A stretch of 64,000 bases of DNA from Octopus sinensis (lineage: Eukaryota): contig NC_042997.1 in NCBI RefSeq assembly GCF_006345805.1, forward strand, positions 24,924,001 through 24,988,000, written 5' to 3'. The notes under the pieces are model-generated. The model made no database searches. It saw only the letters and a list, made by a program, of their open reading frames with translations, and was not told the DNA's origin. Made by a program: the position numbers and the translations under genes. Below, in pieces: positions 11,521 through 25,626 of this stretch (positions within the stretch are counted from its first letter, which is position 1; each line of letters opens with the position of its first letter).

Positions 11521-12494
11521 AACAACAAACAAGGTGAGGAGATCTATCCGTCCATTGTAAATAATAAACATTTACTGATCGAGAACAGATACATATAAAA
11601 GATGTGTCTTATTAAACCGTCTTGTTCTTCCGTTTTTTATGCACAAAGATGTGAAAATGTCGAGAGATCTCGAACGTATGGTTAATCAAACTCTCAAGGA
11701 CTCAGCTATTAGTGACTGCTGTGGATTTTATGAGGTTCTAAAGATAGTCTATGATTCCTCGTACCTGTGCAGACGGAAAAGATGGCGTTCACACAGATGG
11801 CGTTCACCGTAAGCCAGTGGTCAGAATATTTCTATATTTTATTCAGCACCACGCGTACGACCCATGTGTTAGCAATTCATTGTATCCCGCAACAGCTAAT
11901 TAAAACTGGTGGTGGGTATTCCAGCTGCTGAAAAATTCTTAAGGATTGCAGCACCTGAAAAGTGAGCTCATGTTACCAAAGCTAATATTCGAAATAGAAT
12001 TCAAAATTAACAAAAATAAACTGTTACGCTAATCATTAATCACAGTGTTAAATAACTCACGATTATAACGATCCCATGATTACTCTAACAGTTTTCCTGT
12101 AAATTGATTTTAAATTCTCTTTTAGAACTTAATTCCGCTGATTTGAAATACGTAAATTATTTTTCAATGGAAATAGCATATTTGTGTATTTAGTGATTCG
12201 ACTTTTAACATATTGAACAGGGATTCGTTTTTGGATTTGGTTTGCATGATTCTTTGTATGAGTTCGTGTGTTGAAGCATATTCTGTTGTGTCTGAGGAGA
12301 GACTTGCAACCTTTTCAATAGTCAAGACTATTGAAAAGGTTGCAACACGCAACGAAAATTCTAGGAAAATAGAAATAAGAAAAAAGTGGAGATTTTACCG
12401 GTGAGTGTGTTAAATTATAAAGCACAAAAGAAAATGACTCTCCCCAGACACAACAGAGCTGGGATTTATTTTCTTTTAACACCAGGTGTAAATT

Positions 12495-12732
12495 ATTGTC
12501 ATATTTTAACGCCAAATTTCACGTTGGCTCATTGATTCTGTCGATGACAGAATCGCAGACTACAGCATACACGTGATCACAAAAATACAAATTTCACAAC
12601 TTGCGAAGGAAACGTATCAATGACATTCAGCACATTGCCTCATGAAGGCCAGTCTCTCTGCGCAGACAACCATTTGCTGCCATCTACTGGTGCGCTACAG
12701 AACTAGTCCAAGAACTTTTTGATACCACCTCG
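12495..12732 (-). mobile_element. Mariner 5' end fragment
   Basis: TA + CGAGGTGGTATCAAAAAGT mariner-type TIR; remnant NVKFGVK of the transposase N-terminus near 12500. Confidence 0.65.
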
Positions 12733-13529
12733 TACATGTGTGTGTGTGTGTTTATGTGTATACATACATACATGTATACATGCATATATAAACATACGTA
12801 GGTATATGTGTACACACACACATATATCAATACATGTTTATATATGCATATATTTATATGTATGTATGCATAATTACATACATACATACATCCACACATA
12901 CACACACACAAACACACACACACACACATATATATATATCACTGTGACCGACCAGGCTATTAGATGTTGCTACACATCGCTGGTCACAATGCGCTTCGCA
13001 TTGTTTTAGCCTTCAAATGACGCCACCCCGCTGGCTAAGCGAGCAGGCCAATATATATATATATACATATATATAATTATATAAATGTATATGATATATG
13101 ATATATAATATAATGAAGTAAATTGTTGTATACAATGCTCACGTGCACTACAACTAAAAAAAATAATGAAAGACCATCAGGTGTACGGTTGGCGGCTTTG
13201 AAGAAGCATAGAAGTTTTAAACGATGTAGCCCCTCGACAGCAACGAACAATGAATATAAGATTATTATCATAGTAGCGTTACATATTTGAACACACAGGT
13301 AATTTGATGTTGGTATTAATATGTAGGTTCGATGGACGAAGCAGCCAATCAGTGAATTGAACCTACTGATGAGACATATACTGGGCTGTGGAGAGACCGC
13401 AACATCTTTGGTGGGAAAGTATATATCATATACACGTCGTATTCGTATTTTCACACATGCAGAACTGAATCCATACATAGCTTCATGTGGCATACACATA
13501 ATGCAATGTAATATAGAATACACACGCAC

Positions 13530-13800
<271 letters not shown>

Positions 13801-15170
13801 ATGTCCGCGCGCCTATGCACATGTACGTATATGTATAATGTATATGCATATGTATAAGAATGTGTGTTCGTACATGAAAATTGTATTCGGGCATATTTAC
13901 AAATGCCAGTTAAATATGTCATACGGAATTATACACAGTACATAGCGTTTAATTATATAGATTGAAGACAGGTTTCCATCGAATACATACATAATGAAAA
14001 CACATAAGTGTATTGACACAGAACACACTCCTTATACATATATATAACTGCATGTATATATACACACCAGTTTTTGTAGATAAAAGATACTGTATCGTTT
14101 TATGGTGATTTAAGATTATATTTTTCATAGGTATTTGAAAAAGATTAAATCTACATGTAAGCACTATAAATAAATATATCATTAGACAGCCCAAACAAGA
14201 AAATAATAATAATAATAATGATAATAATAAAAGGAGAATATAACGGAAAAAATATTAATTATCGTAGATGAGTATACCTTGAAATGAAATGCAAGACATA
14301 AATTTGTCACTAACTCCCACAAAAAAAAATAATAAAAATAAAAACAAAAATAGTATAAACAAAAACTGCAGCTACAAATTTAACGGCAATAATATCCACT
14401 ATATTAATCGAAATATAGAAAGGGAAGAATTTGGAATACATATATGAGAGAGGGAAACGGTGAAAGGAAGATAAAGATAGAAAGGGGAAATGAGTAAGGA
14501 GAGAGGAAAAGTTTCAACAGGAAGAGGAGAGAAGAGGAAGAATAAGAGAGAGAGGGAGGGAGAGCGGGAGAAAAGGAGGTGATGGGGGTTTGTTATTTGA
14601 TTTGAAATAGGATTTGTCAATATTTGGAAAATAAGTTCAGGTTGCGTTTTAACTAAGTTCTGTAATGTCAGATGGAAGCTTAGTGCATATAGGTAATGTG
14701 ATATATAAATATATATTTGCTAACATACACAAACACAGGCACGCACCCACACATACACACACACTGACACCTTACATGTGTATGCTCCTACTATGTCTGT
14801 TTGTATGTATATATGTATGTGTGTGTGTGTGCATGAGTGTGTGTTGTGTGTAAAAATTGTATATAATGTAGGCCTTTATATATATATCACATTATATATA
14901 TGTATATATATATATGTATATATATATATGTATATATATGCATATACATACATGTACGCTTATATCTATATGTGTGCAAGTTTTTGTGTGTATATAACAT
15001 TATTTGGTGTGTTAAAATGTATAAAGCATATATAGGCATACATAGATATACATACAAAAATATATTACGTATTTAAAGTATATGGTGTAGATTTGTATAT
15101 AGATTTATAATCATTATATATGTATATACATGTGTGTTTATATGTGTACACACACATGTACATACATACA

Positions 15171-15204
<34 letters not shown>

Positions 15205-15212
15205 CATATATA

Positions 15213-15315
<103 letters not shown>

Positions 15316-16054
15316 TATATTAATGGGCCTATATGTGTAAATTTACATACATACATACATACTTCTTCTAGCTGTGTTTGTGCCTGAATTTCTTTTCTTT
15401 TTCTTTTTTATTTATTGAAATTTATATTTTCATTTTATTACTTTTTCTTTCTTCTTTTTTTTTTGTTTTAATGTTAATTACACAAACCAGATTTCAGAAA
15501 CCAAACAAGCAAAGCAAAAAAACAAAAAAACGGATAGAACACATATAAAACAAATAGATATATATATAACATTAAGAAACATCACAAAAATTAGAAATAT
15601 CACAAGATATTTTTAATGGCAAAGGGGAAAGCATAAAAACAGAAGAAATTCAATTAAATGTTACCGAACTGTTTTACTTGTTTGTTTGTTTGTTATATAT
15701 ACTTTTTATACTTTATATTTTTTATATATTTTTCTATACCTTCTTACCTTATAATTATCTATTTTCTTTCAAGCTATACAGTACTGTATAAACAACATTA
15801 CTTTCAACATTTGATTACTTCATTCATTTAACCCTACCGCAGATTTATTTTCTTTGTCCTTTACTGTTTTTTTTTTTCAAATACTCTCTCATTCCCCACT
15901 CATGTTCCAACCCTTTCCTTCTTGCTTTCTCTCTCCCTCTTTCTCACTGACTATCTGCCTTTCCGTCTGTCTGTCTGTCAGTCAAATTCTAATAATTATA
16001 TATATATATATGTTTATATATACACACATATATGTGTATATATATATATATTCA

Positions 16055-16122
<68 letters not shown>

Positions 16123-16269
16123 TATGTGAATATATGTATATACATATATATATGTATATATGTATGTATGCATATATATATATATATATATATATAGTGA
16201 AAGAGATAGAGATATATATTGATATATATTACATATACATATGAATATAAATATATATTCTCATAAATA

Positions 16270-16396
<127 letters not shown>

Positions 16397-16757
16397 CGAC
16401 AGTATACATACATGCGTGTACATACATATATACGTACGGACATACAGAGAAATCTACATGCACACATACATGTATGTCCACGCATTTTCAAATCTGTTTT
16501 GCATATCTATGTGTTTGTGTATATCTTCATATTCATTTGTGCATGTAAATCACACGCAAACACACGCACGCGCGTGCGAACATACATACATCTGCAAGGT
16601 TTTACATGTGTGACTCGCTGCACGTTTGCATGAAGATATATACACACATTCACAACAGTATATATATACATGCAGATACATGCAGCAACATTAAGTTTCA
16701 GTATACACACACACATACACACTACCCATGATTCGAATGTATGCATATATATGTGTG

Positions 16758-16771
16758 TATCTATCTATCTA

Positions 16772-16868
<97 letters not shown>
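16758..16868. repeat. (CTAT)n microsatellite (also 23773-23885 and 41150-41490)
   Basis: Direct reading. Confidence 0.95.
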
Positions 16869-16869
<1 letters not shown>

Positions 16870-16886
16870 ACTATATATATATATGT

Positions 16887-16924
<38 letters not shown>

Positions 16925-17527
16925 ATATGCATACATGCATACATATATACGTACATACACAGATACATAGATAGATAGATACATACTTACATACATACAT
17001 GCATACATATACCCATCAACATACGAATAGTTTCTTTCTGTCTATAAACACACACACACATATAGTCACATCTGTATGTAGACATATATGAATATGTATA
17101 TGTGTAGATGAGAGTATGTATTAAAGTTTTGGTGTGCCGCCGAATACTTATAAAGAAACTGACATGAAAATGAAAAAAAAAAAATCAACAAAAGAAATGA
17201 TATAGAGATGAGAAAAAAGAAAGAGAATAGCCTCACAAAAATAATGTAATAAATAAAAATCTTTTTAAAAGGTAAAAAAATTAAAGCGAATTTTTGGTAT
17301 GGAACTCATTTTTTAATATTGCTTAAGTCATTGATTTTTAACCATGTTCTGTGAATACGTTTATTAGCCAAAAATGTTTTGAACCTTAGCTCTGCTTGGT
17401 TTGTTTAATAACTTGATACTATGTGTTTATAGTTATGATCTAAATATCCTATGTTACGATTTATCCGTTTGTCTATTTATATATTTTAGTAATTTTATAA
17501 TTGTATTTGCTGTTATAGCTACCAGTG

Positions 17528-17611
<84 letters not shown>

Positions 17612-18041
17612 ATACTACTACTATTACTACTACATGCAAATTTGACATGGTCGCCATTTTTTTCGAAATAGTTACTGGTGTGACTACATGCAGATACACG
17701 TTTGTATGTATCCACTAATGTACGTATTTATACATGCATGCCTGCATGCATGTATGCATATATGTATGTATCTGTGTATGCATGTATGTATGTATGCACG
17801 TATGTATGTATTTATGTATCCCTTACTCTGTACTTGTGTGTAAATCTGATAGTCCGCATGAATGTACGAATTCCTGCAGGTATTTATTAAATTACCTGTA
17901 ACTCTGTAGCCACCCCGACATCTTACCGGTTTTTAATCAAGAAGAGACTGAGCAGACTCCTACAAACTTACCGTCCTGTGTACACACATACATATATGTA
18001 TGGTTATACATACATGCATACACATACACAACTATACATAC

Positions 18042-18072
<31 letters not shown>

Positions 18073-18262
18073 GGGAGAATTCACGAAAAACGACAAACGA
18101 CGAAGACAGGTGGTGTAGAAAACAAGCAGGTGTATTAGTATAACGCTCGGGAATTGAAAAAGTCTTTAACGTTTCGAGCCTACGATCTTCCACAGAAAGG
18201 AACACAGAAAGAAACAAGGAGAGAAAATGAAGAATGTGTAGTGGCTAGCGATCTATCAGTGT
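18073..18262 (-). mobile_element. Short PLE-type terminal-repeat element in (TA)n, with variant hammerhead at 18164-18199
   Basis: Homologous to about 2890-3050 and 58036-58200; minus strand CTTT-CTGTGGA-A-GATC-GTAG-GCTC-GAAA-C-GTT-AAAG. Confidence 0.6.
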
Positions 18263-18745
18263 CAAATATGATATATATATAAATATATAATATGTGACAA
18301 TTAGTTGGTTGTCATAATAAAACTCAGAGTTTCGGATGCCGGGGCTGAAGTCTGCCTTTCATATGTCTTAACATCACTTATATTTCTTATATATATTTTA
18401 TTGCTTTATATATTTTTCTGTATACTACTTTTCACCCTTTAATAAGTGTGTAACGTAGAAATTTTATGCTACCAAATTTTTTATTCACTTGTTCCCGTCG
18501 CTATCATTTTGTCGCCGTAGGATTTGCTTTGACCTTATGTTGTTACTGAAAGATCCGAAATATGAGTTTGTTTAAAGTGACATTTGCTTGTGCTGGACAA
18601 AACCCACTTTTTCCATGTAGAAAGCATAATCTATACTCGTGCACAGTGTGCCATTTGTCAGATGCAGAATACGTCGCAGATCAAGTAGTAATGGTATGCC
18701 TTGATCCACTACTTGGTCATAGGTTTGTGGCGACTTGCACATAAA

Positions 18746-18803
<58 letters not shown>

Positions 18804-19124
18804 TATATATGTATATATATATATCTATATGCATAGAAGGAGAATATAAATATAAATATAAATGTAATATATTTAAATATATTATATATATAAATATCAA
18901 TAAATATATAATATTTAAAAGTATAAATAAAATAAAAATACGGAAACAATATATAATTATGTAAAGATTGTTGGATGGCTGTTGTCTACTCATCAGTTTC
19001 TTCACCCTTTGATGGGTTTTATTTTTCGTTCTGCAAGGGTGACCAACAATGACCCTCTTCACGAAACAAGCTCGGTGTAGTTGCAAGTTTAGTCGCTTGC
19101 GACCCGATCATTCAACAGATTGTA

Positions 19125-19570
19125 ATGGATTACATGTTACCAGTAGCACTCAAGAATAACTGGTGATACCTACTCAGAAGCCCATACAAAGTTGTAGAAA
19201 GTGTATGGAGAGGAGTGTATGAGCTGCACACAAGTGTACGAGTGATTCAGACGTTTCTAAGATGGCCGAAAAGTGTAGATAGTAACGAACATTCTGGGAG
19301 ACCTGCAACCAGTAGAACTGAGCAAAATATCCCAGATGTGCGTGTTGCTGTGAGTAGAAATCGTCGATTCACAATCCGTGAATTATCAGAGGATGTGCAG
19401 ATTTGTTACGTTTAAGTTCAGTCCATTATCGCTGAAGATTTGGGTATGAGACACGTGTCTACTAACTTTATGGCAAATCTGCTTTCAGTTGACCAAAAAG
19501 CCACTCGGGTTTCAGTTGCACAAGATCTCCTTCATTGTGTCAAGAACGATGAAAACTTTCTGAAAACTTT
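19125..19570 (+). pseudogene. Mariner transposase N-terminal remnant
   Basis: KVYGEECMSCTQVYE*FRRF*DGRKSVDSNEHSGRPATSRTEQNI..RNRRFTIRELSEDV..DLGMRHVSTNF..LLSVDQKATRVSVAQDLL; the catalytic domain is absent. Confidence 0.85.
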
Positions 19571-19944
19571 GCGTCGCCCTCTGAGTAGGTATCGCCAAGC
19601 ATTTTGTTAAGTTTGATGCAGATTCTTTGTTCAATCACACGCTACACACGTCAATTCCAAGGACTGCTGTAAACAGTGAAAGTGAGCTAGAACGTTAAAG
19701 CTTAGAGCGCATGCTCAACAGAGTTGTGCTTCAATCTGTGCCAAGCAGCTTTACTCAGCGATCTTTATCTTCGTTACTCTAGCAACGCACATACACACAC
19801 AAACACCTATGCCTATGTACATATATAAACAAGAATTTTTATAAGCAATTTTTGATGTAGCCCTATTCAAATATTTCAGTGCATGCTGCATTCATTTAAA
19901 TTTTATTTTATTACAATTCCTTTCCCTCTCCTGTGAGTCTCAGC

Positions 19945-19982
<38 letters not shown>

Positions 19983-20411
19983 ATTAACACACACACAGAC
20001 TTACGTATATATGCTATAAGGACCCACGTAACCTAATATATGCCACCTATATCACATTAATGCCCATAAGATTAGCAGAGGATTTATGTTAAAATTATTT
20101 GCTCCAAGAGTCTAAATAACAGCGACATGGATATCTAGAAACTGAAAAGAAAAAAATATTAAACCAATATGCTGAAATTCATATAACATGCACCTAACTT
20201 TTTTATGTATAATACTTTTGAACTTGATTTTATTTTATTTTCTAAACCTATATCATGGCTGATGTGTTTTTGATTCTTAGAAGTGTCGCTTAAGTGGGTT
20301 CCCCCCACCCACTTTTTTTTTCACCTCAAGAAATTTTTGCCCTTTACTACCTAATCAATGAAATGAACGTGTTGTATCATATTGATGATTTATGTCACGT
20401 TATAATAAATA

Positions 20412-20634
20412 CAGTAATACCTCACCATATCGCGGTTCACCTATCGCGGTTTATTATCTAAGCTTACGTCGATTTTCCCGTGATGTTGTTTTGCATTTAT
20501 AATAAAACAGATATATACAAATTATAAAAATATTAAAAAGATATACAGTACAGTACTGATTCTACATCACGGATTTTCACCTATCACGGGGTGTCTTGAA
20601 TCGTAACACCCACGACAGTCGAAGGTTTACTCTG
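20412..20634. mobile_element. pogo/Tigger-like MITE
   Basis: TA + CAGTAATACCTC..ATCGCGG start, with an imperfect inverted end (CGACAGTCGAAGGTTTACTCTG). Confidence 0.55.
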
Positions 20635-20669
20635 GTATTGTTTGTTGTTCTTTTATTCTTTTACTATTT

Positions 20670-21048
20670 ACCTCTTACCTGTTTCAGTCATTTGACTGCG
20701 GCCAGGATGGAGAACCGTCTTGAAGGGTTTTAGTCTAACAAATTAACTCCTGGATCTATTTTCTAAGCCTAGTACTTATTCTCTCGGGTTTTCCGAAACG
20801 CTAAGTTAGGTGGTTATAAACACACCAACAGCGGTTGTCAAGCGGTGGTGGGGGACAAACACAGACACAAAGACACACACGTAGACATCGGGCTTCTTTC
20901 AGATTCCGTCTACCAATTCCACCGACAAAGCTTTGGTTGGCCAGAAGCCATACTAGAATACATTTACCTATGTTGCCGTGTGGTGAGATTGAACCTGGAA
21001 CAATGTGGTTGGGAAGCAAGCTTCTTAACACACAACAACGCTTGCGCC
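20670..21048 (-). mobile_element. SINE family A, diverged
   Basis: Reverse complement of the consensus. Confidence 0.8.
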
Positions 21049-21299
21049 TACATTATGCAATTTGCTTTACCCTAACTTAGTTCCAATTCAAAACGTCTTA
21101 AAATATAGAGCGTTCTGGTAGTTTCCTTGATATCTCTTTATTTTATCAGACATGATATTTATGGATGTATACCGGGCAGATGGAACTCGTCAGTCTATTC
21201 AGGCTAACAAGCACCAAAAAATATCTAATTTTAGCAAAACATAAAACAAATCTGGTCAAAACATTATCCTGACTAATCCAACGGACATTACAGTGTAGT

Positions 21300-22678
21300 G
21301 GGAGATCTGCATTGTCGCTGTCCAATTCATTGCAATACCTGAAACGCCATGAAGAATTTGAAATTTACTATGAAAATATTAATGATCTGTGTTATTTTAA
21401 AGATGTGATTGGTTTGTTTACTGCTTTTGAACTCAAGCATGATTCTGCAGAATGGCGACTGTTCATAGACAGCTCAACACGATATCTCAAAGCAGTGTTG
21501 CTCCACGGTGGAAATAAATATTCTTCTTTGCCTCTTGCACACTCCATACAAAAGAAAGAAAATTACGATAATGTCAAAGAACTTCTCGACAAAGTAAATT
21601 ACGCTGAGTTCAAGTGGGATGTTTGTGGTGATTTCAAGATGCTTGCCTTCTTGCTTGGCTTGCAAGGGGGATACACAAAGTATTCATGTTTCCTTTGCTT
21701 ATGGGACAGCAGAGCTGATGATGATCATTACAAAAGAGTGCATTGGCCCCCACGCGTGGAACTGCAGCCAGGAATGTTAAATGTTCTCAAACAGCCTCTA
21801 GGAGATTCCAACAAAATCTTATTATTCCCACTTCATATCAAACTCGGATTGGTAAAACAGTTTGGGAAGGCCTTAGATTTTAGAGGAGAAGCTTTTCAAG
21901 AAATTTGTCTATGTTTCCAAAGCTATCTGAGGCTAAGATCAAGGGTGGCATATTTGTTGGGCCCCAAGTAAATGCAATGTTAAAGTCGAAGAAACTGGAA
22001 AGAGCGATGACAAAATTTAAAACAGAAGCTTGGTGTGCATTTCGTGATATAATTTCCTAGGAAATCACAAGGATCCTAAATACAAACAGCTGGTAGCAAA
22101 TCTTACTGAAAACTTCAAGAAAATGGGTTGTCGTATGTCCTTAAAGGTTCATTTTTTGCACTCTCACCTAGAGTTTTCCCCCGAAAACGTGGGTGATGTC
22201 AGTGAGGAGTATGGTGAGAGATTACATCAGGGCATCGCAACAATGGAAAGAAGATACCAAGGACGATGGGATACTGCTATGATGGGAGATTATTAATGGT
22301 CTCTAGTCAGAAGAGATGACTCTAGAAAACCTCGATCGTCAAAGCACTTCTCATCTTAAGAAAAGTGTTATCAAGACATTTACAGTGCAGAGTTTTATTG
22401 TTTCTTTTTCTTCTAACTAATATTATACTTCATAAATACCTTCCAATATATGAAAAAGTACTAAATGTTGTGTAATTATCCTTACAATACTAGAATAGAT
22501 TGAACCAACAAAGTGCTGTAGAGAAAAGTTACAAATATAACGAGCAAATATGAAATTAGGAATAAATAAATAACTATCGATGTTACGTCAAAACGAATGT
22601 GATTTTTGAATTTAGTGACAAAAATTGCATATATGAACATTAAAATATACAAATAAACAAAATATGTGTTACATTGTG
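21300..22678 (+). mobile_element. Chapaev3-like (CMC group) DNA transposon, 5' end not resolved
   Basis: Transposase remnant plus a 3' terminus ending TGTGTTACATTGTG (reads CAC.. on the other strand). Family assignment is from recalled motif similarity. Confidence 0.65.
21312..22359 (+). pseudogene. DDE transposase pseudogene (Chapaev3-like, Transib/RAG1-type fold)
   Basis: WRLFIDSS..LKAVLLH, VCGDFK, YTKYSCFLCLWDSRA, PLHIKLGLVKQF, LKVHFLHSHL, VSEEYGERLHQ, RYQGRW; two frameshifts and one internal stop. Confidence 0.85.
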
Positions 22679-23787
22679 TTATTCCACTCTCTATTCTATA
22701 TAAGAACAGAACACGTTAGTTAACGTAGGTCTAGGTATATAAAAACGTCGGGATGGTCATGAGTGGAATCTGCAGGATCAAGGTTGGCGAAAGCAAAACA
22801 ACAATAATTATCACACTGACGCACATTCAATTAAATACAAAATCAGATACATACATATTCTCAAACATGCACCAAGAATAACACTTAGATTCTCTGTCCC
22901 TTTGTCAGTCTGTCAGTCTGTCAGTCTGCCTCTCTATCTGTCTCTGAATATGTTGCAGAGAGGGAGAGAGGTGGGACGGGAAGAAAGTGAAACGAGAGAG
23001 AGAAAGGAAACAATGAAAAAGAACGAGCTTATGGGACAGAGGCACCTAGTTACATTAGGAGAGTAATTCTTTTGTTTTTAATGATGAAATGGAGGATTGC
23101 TGTGCTAAAATCAATATTCTTAAAATGCCACAGGAGTTCTGGTGTAATATCATTAGCAAATAAACTAATTACAACCCTGTTAGTCTCTAATAGAACAATT
23201 TAACGAAATTAACTTTCTCAAACCGAATAAATTAGGTACGTTGATGATATATTCTAGAATGTGTTTGGTTATAGATGTGGAGATAATTTGCATAATGCGT
23301 CCGGCAACCATTTTTTTTTCTTTTTGCCTTTATATATTTATATGTTTCATTATACCTTCTGATTTAGCATGAAATAATTGGCCCAAGAGTACACGCATAT
23401 ACATTCTCCATCATCTTAATCGTTAAAAATATATCAGGAGTATACACACAGAGAACACACTTTTCCGAGTGTTGTACGAATCTATCATTTTTTTTTAATA
23501 TACCATTGTGGTACTTATTGTTTTTATTTCCTGTTTAATACTGTACAGACTTTTTCTTTAATCAATTTTTTCTTAACACTGGTTAATTCAATAAACATGC
23601 ATGGCTCTGTTTGAATACATTGAATCGTATAATATACTGCTTACATATACACCCACTTACCATAACTGTTGCGAACGATGTGAGTATATCCAAGTATATA
23701 TGCGCGTATTCAGATCTGTGTGAGTGTAAAATGTATGTATGTATGTACGTAATATCCATGTATTTATGTACGTCTATCTATCTATCC

Positions 23788-23885
<98 letters not shown>

Positions 23886-23991
23886 ATATATATATAAAAC
23901 TATATATAAACAGATATATAAGTTATGCTTGTGTGTATATATATTTCGTTTTGGGGTTTAGTTTGCAAGATTCTTTATATGAGTTCGTGTT

Positions 23992-24057
<66 letters not shown>

Positions 24058-24364
24058 ATATATATGTATGTATAAGTCTGTATATAATATATATATATAT
24101 ATGTATAAACATCACACCTAATTAGTGGTCAATTTAGCTATTTGCTGATTATAGAAAAAAACATACAAGCTTCTACACGGATGAACAATACACACACACA
24201 CACGCTCGCACACACACACATATATATACACACATGATATATATGTGGTGTGAGTGTGAATGCGTGCTTGTGTGTATATGTGAGTGTATATGTGAGTGTA
24301 TGCATATATATATATATGCATACACGCATATATCAATAGATATATCAACTAATACATATATATA

Positions 24365-24405
<41 letters not shown>

Positions 24406-24411
24406 GTATAT

Positions 24412-24459
<48 letters not shown>

Positions 24460-25075
24460 CACACATAAATACATATATACATATATAGACATATATACAT
24501 ACATACACACGTATATGCATGCGCTCATAATTGTTAAGAGAAGTTCAACGCATGTACACAAGCACATACAGAAAAATACACGCGCCCTCGCGCATAGCCA
24601 TTCACACACACACACACACAAACACACACACATATACACACACACACACACGTACGCACACACGCACACGCACACATACACACCTATATATGTTTGTATG
24701 TATGTATGTATGCATGAGTGTATAGGCATGTAAGTAAATGTACATGTTCAAATGAAAATATGTGTAGTAATTTGGCCACTAGCGGGAAATTCTAAGACGA
24801 AGTATTAACGAAAATTCAATAAATTTTTTCATTTAGTTGTCATTAGAAGTTTACGCATATCCACTCACCTTTTTACAACTAACGCAGGTATATAGATACA
24901 CGTGTGCGTGTATGTGTGTGTGTATGTGTGTGTGTGTGTGTGTATGTGTGTGTGTGTGCTTTATGTATATGCGTGCACACGTGTTTGCGAAAGCTTTCAT
25001 TATTAAGCCATTAATTTGAGCTGCAAGCTAAAATGTCGAGATAATTAGAAATATATGTATGGTATATACAGTGTT

Positions 25076-25106
<31 letters not shown>

Positions 25107-25150
25107 GTATACGTTGTTGTGTATATGTATATATATATATATATATATTA

Positions 25151-25183
<33 letters not shown>

Positions 25184-25626
25184 CGTATATATATATATAT
25201 ATGTACGTGTGTGTATATGTATATTATATATATATATATACATATATACATAAATATATATATATACTATACACATACATATACATATAACACATACACG
25301 CTCAAGTATTCATGCAGACGTGCATTCATATAGAGACAGAAACGCTCGTGCATATCCTACTACACAACAGCAATTTTTTATTTTATCTCAGTTTGTAACA
25401 CGAAGTTTGCAAAATTGGTTCCAAGTTCAATTCAACAGCTTGAGCTTTGTTTTTCTATTTCAAATTGTTATATACCACATCACAAAGTATTTAAGTTTTT
25501 CAAGCTCTCTTAACATATTAGACATTTTGATTATGATCCTACTGCGTGACACTTAGTGTAAGTATCTTCCATCAGAATTTCTTGTCAATCAATGCTTTAT
25601 GATTGAGAAGAGATAAACGGAAAGTG

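Larger units (their letters stand above)
8818..11572 (-). mobile_element. Penelope-like retroelement (PLE), decayed, with inverted terminal repeats
   Basis: RT motifs IILPADKDNATV, PHIYGRPKIH..IPLKPIVS, MSLDVISLFT and LWLLKVDDTF; GIY-YIG segment CVYSISCCCGRLYLDET; terminal repeats 8945-9265 (-) and 11320-11572 (+). The left boundary is approximate. Confidence 0.9.

Noticed and set aside
11639-11815. 58-codon plus-strand ORF ending near a GTAAGC donor-like site
   Set aside because: No recognisable homology, and an ORF of this length is expected by chance.
13320-13440. CTGATGA preceded by a TAGGTTC/GAACCTA stem and followed by a GACATATAC/GTATATATC stem
   Set aside because: No GAAA after stem II and no valid NUH site; at best a dead hammerhead relic.
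25392-25558. Plus-strand acceptor (tatctcag) and GTAAGT donor; one frame contains ELCFSISNCYIP, reminiscent of carboxypeptidase D
   Set aside because: All three frames hit a stop before the donor; the similarity is too short to trust.
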